Counted from the first letter of the stretch, positions 41,891 to 53,211 are shown. The stretch is DNA of 64,000 nt from an uncultured Planctomycetaceae bacterium (GCA_963833985.1 CAWIAD010000002.1:5664001-5728000); one strand, 5' to 3'. Numbers and translations are program-made. Notes: generated by a model not told the origin, from the letters alone.

Positions 41891-43270
41891 TCACTGTGCG
41901 CCGTCGCCGATCAAGTCCGGGCCGGGAACCTGTCCGGCGGCTTCGCCGATCCGTGTCGTCAGGGCCGCGGCCACCAGCAGGCTGGCACCGCCCAGGAGTA
42001 CGACGTCGAGCGGATCATTGTTGAAGACGTGCTTGACCAGCGGCTGAAACGTGAGCGAGGCGATGATCTCGGGAATCACGATGAAGAAGTTGAAGACGCC
42101 CATGTACACCCCCATGCGGGCCGGAGGCAGGGCGCCGGCGAGCATGGCATAGGGCATTGACAGGATCGACGCCCAGGCGACCCCAACACCCACCATGGAG
42201 AGGAGCCAGAGATAGGGATCGCGCAACTGCCAGGTGGAGAGCAGCCCAATGCCCCCGCAGGCCAGGCAGAGCGCGTGGACCCATTTGCGGCCCAGGCGGT
42301 CGGCCAGCCCCGGCAGCACGAACGCAACGGCGAAGCAGACGATCGAGTAGACGGCGAAGGCGATGCCGCCCCATTCCGTGCCGCGGTCGAACTCGGGGGC
42401 ATTGCGGTCGGTCGTGCCGAAGACGTAGCGCGTCGTGGTCAGGCCGAAGAACATCCACATGCAGAAGAGTCCCAGCCAGGTGAAAATCTGCACGACGGCC
42501 AGTTGCCGCATGAGCCGGGGCATGGACCGGATCGCATCGATGATTTCGCCGAGCCCCTGCTTGACGCCCCGGGTTTCTCGCTGCCGGCGCCGGAACGCTT
42601 CGAGGTCGGCCGGCGGGTTCTCGGACGTGGTAAGGACCGTCCAGAGGACGGCCAGCAGGAAGGCCGCGGCGCCGAGCTTGAAGGCATATTGAACCGTGAG
42701 CGGGATGCCGCTGGACGTCGCGCCGGTGACCCCGAGCCGGTGAAACACGTAGGGCAGCACGTTGGCCAGCGTGGCGCCAACGCCAATGAAGAAGCTTTGC
42801 ATCACGAAGCCAACGGTGCGCTGGTGCTCGTCAAGCTTGTCGGCGACGAAGGCGCGAAACGGCTCCATGCTGATGTTGATGCTGGCGTCCAGAATCCACA
42901 GCAGGCCGGCCGCGACCCAGAGCAGCGGGCTGTCGGGCATGAAGAACAGCGCGATGCTGGAGAGGATGGCGCCGCTGAGGAAATAGGGCCGGCGTCGGCC
43001 CAGGCGGTTCCAGGTCCGGTCACTCATCGAGCCGATGATCGGCTGGATAAGAAGTCCGGTGACGGGCCCGGCCAGCCAGAGAATGGGGATGCGGTCCGGG
43101 TCAGCGCCAAGCTTGGTGTAGATGGCGCTCATGTTCGCCAGTTGCAGGCCCCAGCCGAACTGGATTCCCAGGAACCCGAAGCTCATGTTCCAGATTTGCC
43201 AGAAGCCGAGTCCTGGTGCCGCCGGCAGAGCTGGCGTGCGTGCTGGTGCGAGTTGCGTGTCGTCGGCCAT
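41891..43270 (-). CDS. MFS maltose/sucrose-type sugar transporter
   Basis: [54 protein letters not shown]. Confidence 0.92.
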   Translation of the reverse strand: MADDTQLAPARTPALPAAPGLGFWQIWNMSFGFLGIQFGWGLQLANMSAIYTKLGADPDRIPILWLAGPVTGLLIQPIIGSMSDRTWNRLGRRRPYFLSGAILSSIALFFMPDSPLLWVAAGLLWILDASINISMEPFRAFVADKLDEHQRTVGFVMQSFFIGVGATLANVLPYVFHRLGVTGATSSGIPLTVQYAFKLGAAAFLLAVLWTVLTTSENPPADLEAFRRRQRETRGVKQGLGEIIDAIRSMPRLMRQLAVVQIFTWLGLFCMWMFFGLTTTRYVFGTTDRNAPEFDRGTEWGGIAFAVYSIVCFAVAFVLPGLADRLGRKWVHALCLACGGIGLLSTWQLRDPYLWLLSMVGVGVAWASILSMPYAMLAGALPPARMGVYMGVFNFFIVIPEIIASLTFQPLVKHVFNNDPLDVVLLGGASLLVAAALTTRIGEAAGQVPGPDLIGDGAQ

Positions 43271-43595
43271 TTCCGGGCCTCGAATCCAGCTTTGGCTGTT
43301 GCTTCGGGGTTGCCGCTCGTCTCGAACCGAAATCACCAGCCTGCCAGTGCCGCGCCACCGGCGATTCTCTGAAAACGGCAGGAATCGTTCTAAACTAACA
43401 TGAGTGGACAGGCGCAACAACGCGCGGCCCCGCGTTTCCGCTCACCGGCGGTGTCCGCGACCGGGAGCGCCCGTACAGGCTTGAGCGGCGGTTGCGGAGG
43501 GGTACCGAACTCGTTATCTTCGTTATCCTGGCCTCATGCTGGGACACCGTTTCGAGCAGAGTCTTGTGAGCAGTTGATTCCTGGATTGCATGATC

Positions 43596-44546
43596 ATGTA
43601 TATCGTGACGGGGGCAGCGGGATTCGTCGGGAGCAACCTGGTGCGTGCGCTCAACGAGCGCGGCGTGCGCGACATCATGGCCGTCGACGACCTGACCCAG
43701 GGCGACAAGTTCCGCAACCTGCGCGATTGCGAGATTGCCGACTACATGGACCGGGCCGACTTCCGGGCGCTGGTGGCCCGGGGTGCCGCGGCCATCAAGC
43801 CCACGGCCATACTGCACCAGGGTGCTTGTGCCGATACGACCGAGCCCGATGGCCGGTTCATGCTGGATAACAATTTCAGCTATTCCAAGGAACTGCTGCA
43901 CTGGGCACTGGAGCGCCGCGTGCCGATGGTGTACGCGTCGAGCGCCTCGGTGTACGGGAATTCCCGGATCTGTGCCGAGACGCCCGATCACGAGGGCCCG
44001 CTGAATGTCTACGCGTACTCCAAGCTGCTCTTTGACAACTACGTGCGGCGATTGATGCCGCAGCTCTCCACGACGGTGGTCGGCCTTCGTTACTTCAACG
44101 TGTACGGCCCGCGCGAGACGTACAAGGGCCGCATGGCCTCGATGGTCTGGCAGCTCTATCACCAGCTCAGGAACAATGGTGTGGCCCGGCTCTTCGAGGG
44201 GACCGACGGTTACGCGGCCGGCGAGCAGCGGCGCGACTTCGTGTTCGTGGGCGATGCCGTGGCGGTGAACCTCTACTTCGCCTCCGCACCGCCGAAGCGT
44301 GGAATCTTCAACGTGGGCACGGGGCAGAGCCGCAGCTTCAACGACATCGCCCGGATCGTGATCGAGCTTCTGGGCCGGGGCGAGATCCAGTACATCCCGT
44401 TCCCGGAGTCGCTGCGCGGCAAGTACCAGAGCTTCACCGAGAGCGACATCACCCGGCTCCGCGGCGCGGGGTACGACCGGGCCATGACCTCGCTCGAAGA
44501 CGGAATTCGCCAGCTTGCCGAACACGTGGGGGAGGAATCTGCCTGA
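43596..44546 (+). CDS. hldD: ADP-L-glycero-D-manno-heptose 6-epimerase
   Basis: IVTGAAGFVGSNLV, HQGACADTTE, PLNVYAYSK, LRYFNVYGPRETYKGRMAS, GKYQSFTE. Confidence 0.95.
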   Translation: MYIVTGAAGFVGSNLVRALNERGVRDIMAVDDLTQGDKFRNLRDCEIADYMDRADFRALVARGAAAIKPTAILHQGACADTTEPDGRFMLDNNFSYSKELLHWALERRVPMVYASSASVYGNSRICAETPDHEGPLNVYAYSKLLFDNYVRRLMPQLSTTVVGLRYFNVYGPRETYKGRMASMVWQLYHQLRNNGVARLFEGTDGYAAGEQRRDFVFVGDAVAVNLYFASAPPKRGIFNVGTGQSRSFNDIARIVIELLGRGEIQYIPFPESLRGKYQSFTESDITRLRGAGYDRAMTSLEDGIRQLAEHVGEESA

Positions 44547-44547
44547 G

Positions 44548-46032
44548 ATGAGCGTGGCCAAGGGGAAGCTCGAAGCGCTGGTCCGCGGGCTGAAGCCGTG
44601 CCGGATCGCGGTCATTGGCGATGTGATGCTCGACCATTACGTGAAGGGCAATGCCGACCGGCTCAGCCCCGAGGCGCCCATCCAGGTACTCGACGTGACC
44701 GACGAGTTCCAGATGCCCGGCGGCGCCGCGAATGTGGCCATGAAGGTGGTGGGACTGGAGTCGAAGGTGCGGATGGTCGGCCTGATCGGCGCCGACCAGG
44801 CCGCGGCCGACCTGCAAGCACTCCTGGCGTCGCACCCGAGCGTCCACGACAGCCTGGTTGCCGACCCGGGCCGGTCGACCACGATCAAGAGCCGGTTCAT
44901 CGCGCACAACCAGCAGTTGCTGCGGGTGGATCGCGAACGGCGGGCCGTGCCGGATGAATCCGTTCGAGGCAGGCTGGCGCAAGCCGCCCACGATGCGGCA
45001 GCCGAGGCAGACGCCGTGATCCTGGAAGACTACGGCAAGGGCGTGCTCTGCCCGGAGGTCATCTCCGCGGCACTCGAGGGCGCCCGGCGGAAGGGTGCGC
45101 CGGTGGTCGTTGATCCGACGGGGCGTGATTACACCCGCTACGCCGGCGCCACGGTCCTGACGCCGAACCTGAAGGAGGCCTCGCTGGCCGCCGAGCGGCC
45201 GATCACCGATATGGCCAGCCTGGAAACCGCGGGCCGCGTGCTGGTGGAGCAAACCCAGGCGGCAATGGCCATCACCCGCGAGGCCGAGGGCATCTCGCTC
45301 TTCCGACGCCCGCAGGCCGGCGGACAGGTCACGCACACCCACGTGCCGACGATTCCTGTCGCGGTCTTCGACGTCACCGGCGCGGGCGATGCCGTCGCGG
45401 CGACCCTGGCCATCGCCCTGGCCGCCGGCATCGACATGGTCGACGCCTGCGCTCTGGCCAACCTCGCGGGCCGGGCCGTGGTCCGCCAGTTCGGTGTCGG
45501 CACCATCTCGCCCGCGCACCTGATCGCCGAGGCAAGCAGCGAGTCGGCCGACCGGATGGTCAAGCTCGCGGACGTTGCCTCGGCACGCCAGCGCGCCCGC
45601 GAGGTCAAGCAGGCCGGCGGCAAGGTCGTCTTCACCAACGGCTGCTTCGACATTCTGCATTACGGGCATGCCTACCTGCTGCAATTTGCCCGCAGCCAGG
45701 GAGATTTCCTGGTCCTGGGGCTGAACACCGATTCCTCGGTCCAGCGCTTCAAGGGGCCGACCCGGCCCTACGTCTCGGAGGAGCAGCGGGCTTACATGCT
45801 CTCGCTCTATCCCTTCATCGACCTGATCGTGCTCTTCGACGAGGACACGCCGCTGAACCTGATTGAAGCAATACGCCCGGACGTGCTGGTCAAGGGGGGC
45901 GACTACACGCCGGAAACCGTCGTCGGCCGCGACGTGGTCGAGTCGTACGGCGGCAGGGTCGCCATCTGTCCGCGGCTGGAGGGGCTGAGCACGACGGACC
46001 TTGTCCGCAAGATCAAGGACGAGGAACGCTGA
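44548..46032 (+). CDS. hldE: Bifunctional heptose 7-phosphate kinase / heptose 1-phosphate adenylyltransferase
   Basis: GDVMLDHY, SPEAP, DVTGAGD (PfkB); VFTNGCFDILHYGH, LVKGGDY (cytidylyltransferase-like). Confidence 0.95.
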   Translation: MSVAKGKLEALVRGLKPCRIAVIGDVMLDHYVKGNADRLSPEAPIQVLDVTDEFQMPGGAANVAMKVVGLESKVRMVGLIGADQAAADLQALLASHPSVHDSLVADPGRSTTIKSRFIAHNQQLLRVDRERRAVPDESVRGRLAQAAHDAAAEADAVILEDYGKGVLCPEVISAALEGARRKGAPVVVDPTGRDYTRYAGATVLTPNLKEASLAAERPITDMASLETAGRVLVEQTQAAMAITREAEGISLFRRPQAGGQVTHTHVPTIPVAVFDVTGAGDAVAATLAIALAAGIDMVDACALANLAGRAVVRQFGVGTISPAHLIAEASSESADRMVKLADVASARQRAREVKQAGGKVVFTNGCFDILHYGHAYLLQFARSQGDFLVLGLNTDSSVQRFKGPTRPYVSEEQRAYMLSLYPFIDLIVLFDEDTPLNLIEAIRPDVLVKGGDYTPETVVGRDVVESYGGRVAICPRLEGLSTTDLVRKIKDEER

Positions 46033-46381
46033 GCACCGCCCCGCGCGGCCTCCTCGCCACCGCCGCTCACGGTGCTCCGCCCCGGATCAGGAAGAAAGCC
46101 GGGTTCGCGTCACTCTCGGTCCACGACCGTGCGATCTTTCTCCATCCGGACATTTGCCAGCGTCCTTGCCGGACCGGCGTGTTCAGTTCGGCCTCGCCGC
46201 ATCCGAGCACAGCCCGGATCAAGGACCGGTTGCCGGGCCGCGCCGAGGCGAGGCGAGGGAAGAGTCGGGCGCCATGGCGCCGGCATTCCGCCATTTCCCT
46301 CGCCGCGCTCGACCGGTTCCCTACAATACAAGATATGGCCCGGATACACGGCGTCGTCGTGTCCATGCGGGCTGAACCTGG

Positions 46382-48424
46382 ATGACGAGAGAGGACGACG
46401 CCTTGTCTCTTCACCGACGGATCGGCAGCCGCCAGCGCTTTCTCGACTACCTGCGACACTACCGCGATCGGATCAGGAACGCGCCGACCGGGCTGCAACC
46501 CGGATCGCCCGGGCAGCCCGACGGCGTACCTTCGCCGGGCGTCGAGGGCTCCGTCCCGGGTAAACCTTCTGGTGCAGGCAAGCACCGCTCGCTTCCTGTC
46601 CTGTACCGCGAACTCTACAGGGTCCTGAAAGGACACCGGCGGACCATCGGCCTGGCGCTTCTGGGGCTCTCGCTGGCGACCTTGCTGAAGCTGGTGCCTC
46701 CCGCGGCCACCAAGCTCGTCATTGATTACGTGCTGCTGGGACGGCCACTGCCTGCGGCCTTCCTTGCGCGGTGCCCGGTGCCGATTCCTGATTCGCCCCG
46801 GCTGCGGCTGCCGTTGCTGGTGGCCCTGGTGTCTCTGATCACCATCGCCGGCACGATGGTTGGCCTCTGGAGCCGCTGGCTGGCGACGCTTGCCACCAAG
46901 CGCGTACAGGTGTCCGTGCGCCGGAGAGTCTACGAACACGCAATGCGGCTGCCCCTGCACCGGGTGTATCAGCTCAAGTCGGGCGGTGCGTCGAGCCTGC
47001 TGCGCGAGGACGCCGGCGGTGTGGGCGAGCTCGTCTTCAGCATGCTGTATAACCCCTGGAGAGCCGTGGTCCAGTTCGTGGGCGGGCTGGTCGTGCTTGC
47101 CTGGGTCGATTGGCGCCTGCTCGTGGGCGCGCTCTGCATGGTACCCGGCGTTTATTATTCGGACCTGGTCTGGAACCGGCGGATCCGGCCGCTCTTTCGC
47201 GACGTCCGCAAGAAGCGGCAGGAGATCGACAGCGAGACCACCGAGGTCTTTGGCGGCATGCGCGTGGTCCGGGCATTCGGCCGGCAGAAGAGTGAATCCG
47301 CCCGCTTCATGGGCGAGAACCACCTCATGAGCCGGCTGGAGCTGCACGTCTGGTTGATCTCCCGGATGATCGAGCTGCTCTGGGAGTTCGTGCTGCCGCT
47401 GGCCTCGGTCATCCTGCTGCTCTACGGTGGTTTCCAGGTCCTGGAAGGCAAGCTCTCGCTGGGCGACCTGATGATGTTCCTGGTGTACCTGACAATGCTC
47501 CTGGAGCCGATGGCGGTGCTGGCCACCAGCGTGACCCAGTTTCAGAACAATCTCTCGGGCTTCGACCGCGTGCTCGACCTGCTGGAAGAGCCGCGCGAGA
47601 TGGCCGACCGCCCGGGTCACCGCCTGGTCCGCAAGGCGTCGGTCGCCGGCCGTCTTTCTCTCGCAAACGTCGGCTTCGCCTATCCGGGAACGAGCCGGCA
47701 GGTGCTACGCGGCATCGATCTGGAAGTCGAGCCCGGCGAGACGATTGCGCTGGTGGGCCGGAGCGGCTCGGGCAAGACCACGCTCTGCAACCTGATCGCC
47801 CGGTTCTACGACCCGACCACGGGCACCGTCCGCCTTGATGGCAACGACCTCCGCGACATCGAGGTGGAGAGCTACCGCAGGCTCCTGGGAATCGTCGAGC
47901 AGGATGTGTTCCTGTTCGATGGCACGATCGCGGAGAACATCGCCTACGGCGATCGCCGGGCCACCGAGGCGCAGATCGCCCGCGCGGCACTGGCCGCGAA
48001 CGCTACCGAGTTCATCGATCGTCTGCCCGACCGCTATGACACTTTCATCGGCGAGCGCGGCGTGCGGCTCAGCGGAGGACAGCGACAGCGCCTGGCGATC
48101 GCGCGCGCCCTCCTTGCCGACCCGCGCCTCTTCATCCTCGATGAGGCCACCAGCAATCTTGACACCGAGAGCGAGCGCCTCATCCAGCAGAGCCTGGCCC
48201 GGCTGCTGGAAGGCCGCACGTCGTTCGTCATCGCTCATCGCCTGAGCACCATCCGCCACGCCGACCGCATCCTCGTGCTCGACGCCGGTACCATCGCCGA
48301 GATCGGCACGCATCAGGAGCTGATGAGCACTGGAGGGTCGTACCGCGACATGGTCGAGCTTCAGAGGCTCGAGAGCGGGGTGACGCTCCTGCCGTCGGAA
48401 GGCCGGGGAGGGGAGTTCGGCTGA
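46382..48424 (+). CDS. ABC transporter, fused permease/ATP-binding protein
   Basis: GRSGSGKT, LSGGQRQR, ILDEATSNLD, IAHRLST; N-terminal TMD. Confidence 0.95.
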   Translation: MTREDDALSLHRRIGSRQRFLDYLRHYRDRIRNAPTGLQPGSPGQPDGVPSPGVEGSVPGKPSGAGKHRSLPVLYRELYRVLKGHRRTIGLALLGLSLATLLKLVPPAATKLVIDYVLLGRPLPAAFLARCPVPIPDSPRLRLPLLVALVSLITIAGTMVGLWSRWLATLATKRVQVSVRRRVYEHAMRLPLHRVYQLKSGGASSLLREDAGGVGELVFSMLYNPWRAVVQFVGGLVVLAWVDWRLLVGALCMVPGVYYSDLVWNRRIRPLFRDVRKKRQEIDSETTEVFGGMRVVRAFGRQKSESARFMGENHLMSRLELHVWLISRMIELLWEFVLPLASVILLLYGGFQVLEGKLSLGDLMMFLVYLTMLLEPMAVLATSVTQFQNNLSGFDRVLDLLEEPREMADRPGHRLVRKASVAGRLSLANVGFAYPGTSRQVLRGIDLEVEPGETIALVGRSGSGKTTLCNLIARFYDPTTGTVRLDGNDLRDIEVESYRRLLGIVEQDVFLFDGTIAENIAYGDRRATEAQIARAALAANATEFIDRLPDRYDTFIGERGVRLSGGQRQRLAIARALLADPRLFILDEATSNLDTESERLIQQSLARLLEGRTSFVIAHRLSTIRHADRILVLDAGTIAEIGTHQELMSTGGSYRDMVELQRLESGVTLLPSEGRGGEFG

Positions 48425-48461
48425 AGCCATGATCGGCCTGCGTGGGCCGACCAGAAGACGC

Positions 48462-49048
48462 CTATCCACCAGGAGTGTCGATCAGTGCCTGTAACCGCGC
48501 GGCCAGCTCGGATGGAAAGCGCCGGCACCAGTCGCTGTCGATCAGCCCGACTTCCAGCAGATCACGCAGGTGCGTCCTGTCCTCGTCACGATACGCCGTC
48601 AGCTTGATGCGCACGAGCGCCTCGAGATCGAGCACGCGAAACTCATCCGAGGGAACAGATTCGGTCACGTCCGGGTTGGGGAGACTCTCTTCGGGGCGAA
48701 CCTTCTCGCCAGCGAAGACGATGTGAATGGCATCACGGGGCCGGGCGTCGGGACCATCGAGAAACAGGTCGAGACCCGCGCTATGCTTGTAGACAAAGCC
48801 GGCCGCGGACAGGGCAGCCTGGACGGCATCAAGGTCTGACCGGCGATCAGGATGTCGACATCCCGCGTGTTGCGTACCGCCGCTTCGTCCACGCGAGTCA
48901 CCCAGACGGCCACGGCGTTCCCTCCGCAGACCGCATAGGGGATAGCCGCGTTCTCCAGGGCCGTCGCCCCCCGCAGGAGACGCTCGCGAACTTTCTCCAC
49001 CGCACGCACCAGCCGTTCCAGGGAGAAAGGGCCGAGAATTGGAGCCAT
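48462..49048 (-). CDS. Nucleotidyltransferase-family protein (apparent 1-nt frameshift near 48845)
   Basis: YAVCGGNAVA...RNTRDVDILI joins RRSDLD...KLTAYRDEDRTHLRDL. Confidence 0.75.
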
Positions 49049-49116
49049 GCCCGGGTGGGACCTCTGGGAACATTCCTGCGGGAAAGGACGTCGCTCAGAG
49101 CCAGATCATAGCACCC

Positions 49117-50478
49117 TCATCGTCTGCGCGTCACGACCACCTTGACGCCGTGAGCAGGTCGCAAGGTCATGCTGGGCAGGGGCGTGACATGGGCATCGGG
49201 GGCGAGCTCGAGGCGAAACCGCCGGGCGATGGTTGCCAGCAGCAGGGCAGATTCCATGAGCGCGAAGTTGTTGCCGATGCAGATTCTCGGCCCGCCGCCG
49301 AACGGAAAATACGCGTAGCGGTGAATCCGGTCCTGGAGACCATTGTTCCAGCGCTCGGGCCGGAAGGTCTCCGGCTCGTCGAACCAGCGGGCGTCGCGGT
49401 GGATCGTCCACTGGGGCATGAACACCGTTGTGCCGGCCGGAATCGGGTAGCCGGCGATCTCCACCGGCTCGATGTTCTCTCGTCCCACCATCCAGACCGT
49501 GGGATAAACCCGCAGGGCCTCGTTCACCACGAACCCGGCGTACTTCAGACGCGGCAGGTCCGCGAGCGTGGGCGGTCGATCGCCCAGCACGGCGTCAAGC
49601 TCGGCGTGCAGCCTGGCCTCGGCCTCGGGATGATGGGCCAGCAGTAACCAGACCCAGGCCAGCGTGTTGGCCGTGGTCTCGTGCCCGGCCATGAACAGTG
49701 TCATGGCCTCATCGCGGAGCTGCTGGTCCGTCATCCGGGCGCCACTTTCCTCGTCCTGCGCATGCAGCAGCATCGAGAGCAAGTCGCCCCGATCTTCACC
49801 ACTCCGCCGGCGGGCCGCGATGATCGCCAGGATGATCGCATCGAGCCGGCGGGCCGCGCGCTCGACGCGCAGGTTCGAGAGCGTGGGGACCCAGTGGGGG
49901 ATGGGAATCAACTGGCCCATGCGGTTCATCGAGGTGTGCAGCAGGGTCTCCATCGCCGCGCTGGCACCGGCCGTATCGCTGCCGATCTCGGCGGCGAAGA
50001 GCGTGCGGGCCACGATCTCCAGCGTCAGCCGCATCATGTCGGCCTGGACGTCGCGCGATTGGCCGTCTTGCCAGCCTTCCAGCATCCGCAGCGTGGAATC
50101 CACCATCATCTCGGCATAAGAGGCAATCCGCTCGCGATGGAACGCGGGCTGAGCCAGGCGCCGCTGTGTCCGCCAGAATTCGCCCTCGCTCGTGAGCAAG
50201 CCGCTGCCCAGGGTCCTCCTCGTACTGCGGAGCCGGTAATGCTTGATGAACTTACGGTTCTGTGAGACGAGCACGTCCTCGACGAGGTCGGGATGGTGCA
50301 GGAAGATGATGCTCCTGGGCCCGAACCGTGCCTGCACGATGTCGCCGTACTGACGATGCCAGCGCGTGAGTGCCCCCAGTCGATCACGGGCGAACTCGCG
50401 CAGGTTACCCGCGAGCCAGTGCTGCCTCGGCCCCGGCGGCCGCTCGCTCCTCTTTGCCTCAGCGGTCCTTGTACTCAT
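49117..50478 (-). CDS. Cytochrome P450
   Basis: AGHETT, EALR, PERW, FGGGPRICIG. Confidence 0.97.
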   Translation of the reverse strand: MSTRTAEAKRSERPPGPRQHWLAGNLREFARDRLGALTRWHRQYGDIVQARFGPRSIIFLHHPDLVEDVLVSQNRKFIKHYRLRSTRRTLGSGLLTSEGEFWRTQRRLAQPAFHRERIASYAEMMVDSTLRMLEGWQDGQSRDVQADMMRLTLEIVARTLFAAEIGSDTAGASAAMETLLHTSMNRMGQLIPIPHWVPTLSNLRVERAARRLDAIILAIIAARRRSGEDRGDLLSMLLHAQDEESGARMTDQQLRDEAMTLFMAGHETTANTLAWVWLLLAHHPEAEARLHAELDAVLGDRPPTLADLPRLKYAGFVVNEALRVYPTVWMVGRENIEPVEIAGYPIPAGTTVFMPQWTIHRDARWFDEPETFRPERWNNGLQDRIHRYAYFPFGGGPRICIGNNFALMESALLLATIARRFRLELAPDAHVTPLPSMTLRPAHGVKVVVTRRR

Positions 50479-50514
50479 GAGCCTCTCCCAGACTCTCCCG
50501 CTCTCAACCCGCTG

Positions 50515-50670
50515 CCCACTGCCTACCGCCTACTCTTGACAGGCAAGAATGCCTGTCCTCCACTGCCTGCCTACTGCCTACTCTTGACAGGCAAGAATGC
50601 CTGTCCTCACCTTCCACTCCACTGCCTACTGCCTACCGCCTACTCTTGACAGGCAAGAATGCCTGTCCTC
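50515..50670. repeat. Cluster of three REP-like palindromes separated by CTGCCTA heptamers
   Basis: 33-nt unit GCCTACTCTTGACAGGCAAGAATGCCTGTCCTC at 50528, 50576, 50638 (stem GACAGGCA/TGCCTGTC). Confidence 0.92.
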
Positions 50671-50855
50671 CCCTTCCTCTTGTTGGTGAGCGTCACGCTT
50701 GGCTGGCCCGTGCCGCCGCCGGAAGTCGAGTCGGTGAGCTGATTGCCGCGAATCCCCGTGAATCGAACTGCCGGCACGCTCAAGGCTTCACCATCCTGTG
50801 CAGTTTGCCCGCGATCAGAGGAATGTCCCTTTCAGCCTTCCTGAGCACGCTATAA

Positions 50856-53099
50856 CCTACTTTCCGCACATCTCCCTTTGATTTCCCCGAATTCGACCTG
50901 AGGCCATCTTCTCAGACGCGGCCCCAGGGTCGGTAAACATCTACAAGTCGATCGGCACGGGGACCTTGTTCGGTTCAGATGGTTCGCCAACCGGACCGTT
51001 CCTGAACTCGAGCCATTCTTCGCCTTGTCTTATGACTTGGCAATGTCCAGCCGCGCGCCGCGATTCTCGCCGCGACGACTTGTGACACGGGCTATGAGCG
51101 TAAGTTGAGCGGCTCACAACTTACGTCAAGGCAAATTGTCATAAGTGAATCACAAGATTTTTTGTCCTTGACGTCCCGATCTCCTCCGCCATCATTGCGG
51201 CAAGCCCTGCGGCGGTCGGCCTGCTCCCCTCACGGCCCTGGAAGGCCCGGCGGCGGACACCGGCCAACTCGCTGCAAACCCTCCGGAGATGATCCGCATG
51301 AACGAACCTCAACGACCGCGCCAACCCGGCGAGACGGCCCGCTCGAAGGGACGCACGCGCACGCTCAACACGCGGCGGATTGCCGCCGTGCCCATCCTGG
51401 AACACTTCCTGAGTCGGCTCCGCCTTCGCGAGTTTCTCTGCGACCACCTGCCCCATGAGGACGGCCGCACTCGGGTCCCCACGGCCACGGCCTTGCTCGT
51501 CCTGCTGCGCAACCTGCTGATCTCGCGTGAGCCACTCTATGGTGTCGGTGAGTGGGTGGCCCGCCATGAGCCGAAACTGTTCGGGTTGTCCGATGTCCAA
51601 GTCGCCGCAATGAACGACGATCGAGTTGGCCGGGCCCTCGACCGTCTCTTCGACGCCAATCTCTCGGGGTTGGCCCTGAAGGTCGCGGCCCATGCCGTAC
51701 GCGAATTCGACGTCAGCCTCGACCAGTTACACAACGACTCGACCACCATCACTTTCCACGGTGACTACGAGTCGGCGGAGGCGGAGCGAACCCTGCGGGG
51801 ACAATTGCGGTTGGCGGTGACCTGGGGTCATAACAAAGACCACCGCCCCGACCTCAAGCAGCTACTCTACATCCTCACCGTGACCGGCGACGGTGCCGTC
51901 CCGGTGCACTTTCGCGTCGAGAGCGGCAACGCCACCGACGACCGCTCTCACCAGGAGACCTGGGAGTTGCTCTGTCAACTGACCGGACGCCGAGACTTTC
52001 TCTACATCGCCGACTGCAAGCTGGCCACCACCGAGAACATGGCCTATCTGCATCAGCGCGGCGGTCGGTTCCTCAGCGTGCTGCCGCGAACTCGCAGTGA
52101 GGACGGTGCCTTCCGCGGCGCCGTACTCCGGGGAGAGATCCAGTGGCGATGGACCCACGACAAGTACGACGACAAGGGACAGTTGACCGACCGCTTCTCG
52201 ATCTGCAAACCTGCGAGCCAGACCACCGAGGGTTACCGGCTGATCTGGTATCACAGCACACGCAAGGCCGAGTTGGATGCGGAGGTACGGCTGACCCGGC
52301 TGGAGAAGGCGTTGAAACGACTGGACGAACTGCGTGCCAAGCTCGCCTCGTCCCGAACCCGGTACCGCAGTCGAGCCAAGGTCGCCGAGGCGGTCGAGGA
52401 GCTGCTCCGAGACTGTGAGGTCACCGAGTGGATCTCGGTCGAGATCGAGGAGCAGGTCACCGAAAAGTTCCGCCAGGAGCGACGCGGCCGGCCTGGACAG
52501 GACACGCGGTACGTCCGAGAGGAGAAGCTCCGTTACTCGTTGAAGCATCGGATTGAGTTGGAGCGACTGGATGAGGAGGCCCGCTGTGATGGCATTTTCC
52601 CGCTGGTGAGCAACGAATCGAAGATGACGGAGCAGGATCTGCTCTTGGCCTACAAACAGCAACCGGCCATCGAACGACGGTTCGAGCACCTGAAGACTGA
52701 CTTCGTGGTAGCGCCTATGTACCTGAAGGAGGTGAGTCGGATTCAGGCCTTGCTCTGCGTGTACTTCTTCGTGTTGCTGGTCGAGGCGCTGTTGGAGCGA
52801 GAACTCCGCCGCGCGATGGAACGAGCGGGAATCGAGAGCCTGCCACTGTATTCCGAAGGTCGGGCCTGCCGACGCCCGACGGCTCGAAAAGTGATCGACC
52901 TGTACGAGGACGTTCAAGAGCATTCCCTGAAGGCTGGGAAACGCCCTCTTGAGGTGTTCAGCACAGAGTTAACTCGGCTCCAGAAGAGAATCCTGCGCCT
53001 GCTGGGGATACCCAAAGCCTACGAGATTTGAGCCTGACAGGCCGAAAGACGGCACACGGAAATTAGGAGATAGTCAAGGCGAGATGTGCGGAAAGTAGG
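50856..53099 (+). mobile_element. Complete IS1634-family insertion sequence (2244 bp)
   Basis: Perfect 19-bp TIRs CCTACTTTCCGCACATCTC / GAGATGTGCGGAAAGTAGG; 6-bp TSD CTATAA at 50850-50855 and 53100-53105. Confidence 0.93.
51289..53031 (+). CDS. IS1634-family DDE transposase
   Basis: NDDRVGRALD, HNDSTT, GHNKDHRPDLKQ, YIADCKL, YKQQPAIERRFEHLK. Confidence 0.92.
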   Translation: MIRMNEPQRPRQPGETARSKGRTRTLNTRRIAAVPILEHFLSRLRLREFLCDHLPHEDGRTRVPTATALLVLLRNLLISREPLYGVGEWVARHEPKLFGLSDVQVAAMNDDRVGRALDRLFDANLSGLALKVAAHAVREFDVSLDQLHNDSTTITFHGDYESAEAERTLRGQLRLAVTWGHNKDHRPDLKQLLYILTVTGDGAVPVHFRVESGNATDDRSHQETWELLCQLTGRRDFLYIADCKLATTENMAYLHQRGGRFLSVLPRTRSEDGAFRGAVLRGEIQWRWTHDKYDDKGQLTDRFSICKPASQTTEGYRLIWYHSTRKAELDAEVRLTRLEKALKRLDELRAKLASSRTRYRSRAKVAEAVEELLRDCEVTEWISVEIEEQVTEKFRQERRGRPGQDTRYVREEKLRYSLKHRIELERLDEEARCDGIFPLVSNESKMTEQDLLLAYKQQPAIERRFEHLKTDFVVAPMYLKEVSRIQALLCVYFFVLLVEALLERELRRAMERAGIESLPLYSEGRACRRPTARKVIDLYEDVQEHSLKAGKRPLEVFSTELTRLQKRILRLLGIPKAYEI

Positions 53100-53211
53100 C
53101 TATAACCGAAGGTCGCATAGAATTATTGCGGGGAAAAAGATACACCTATTCCTCTCAGGTTGCCGATAAGCGCCGAGTGGTACATCTTCTTATCACGCGC
53201 GGAGCTTTTCC

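Noticed and set aside
50515..50670. CRISPR array (33-nt palindromic repeat, three copies)
   Set aside because: Spacers are 15 and 29 nt and made of CTGCCTA heptamers rather than unique sequence; no cas genes; a dispersed copy at 55103 fits a REP.
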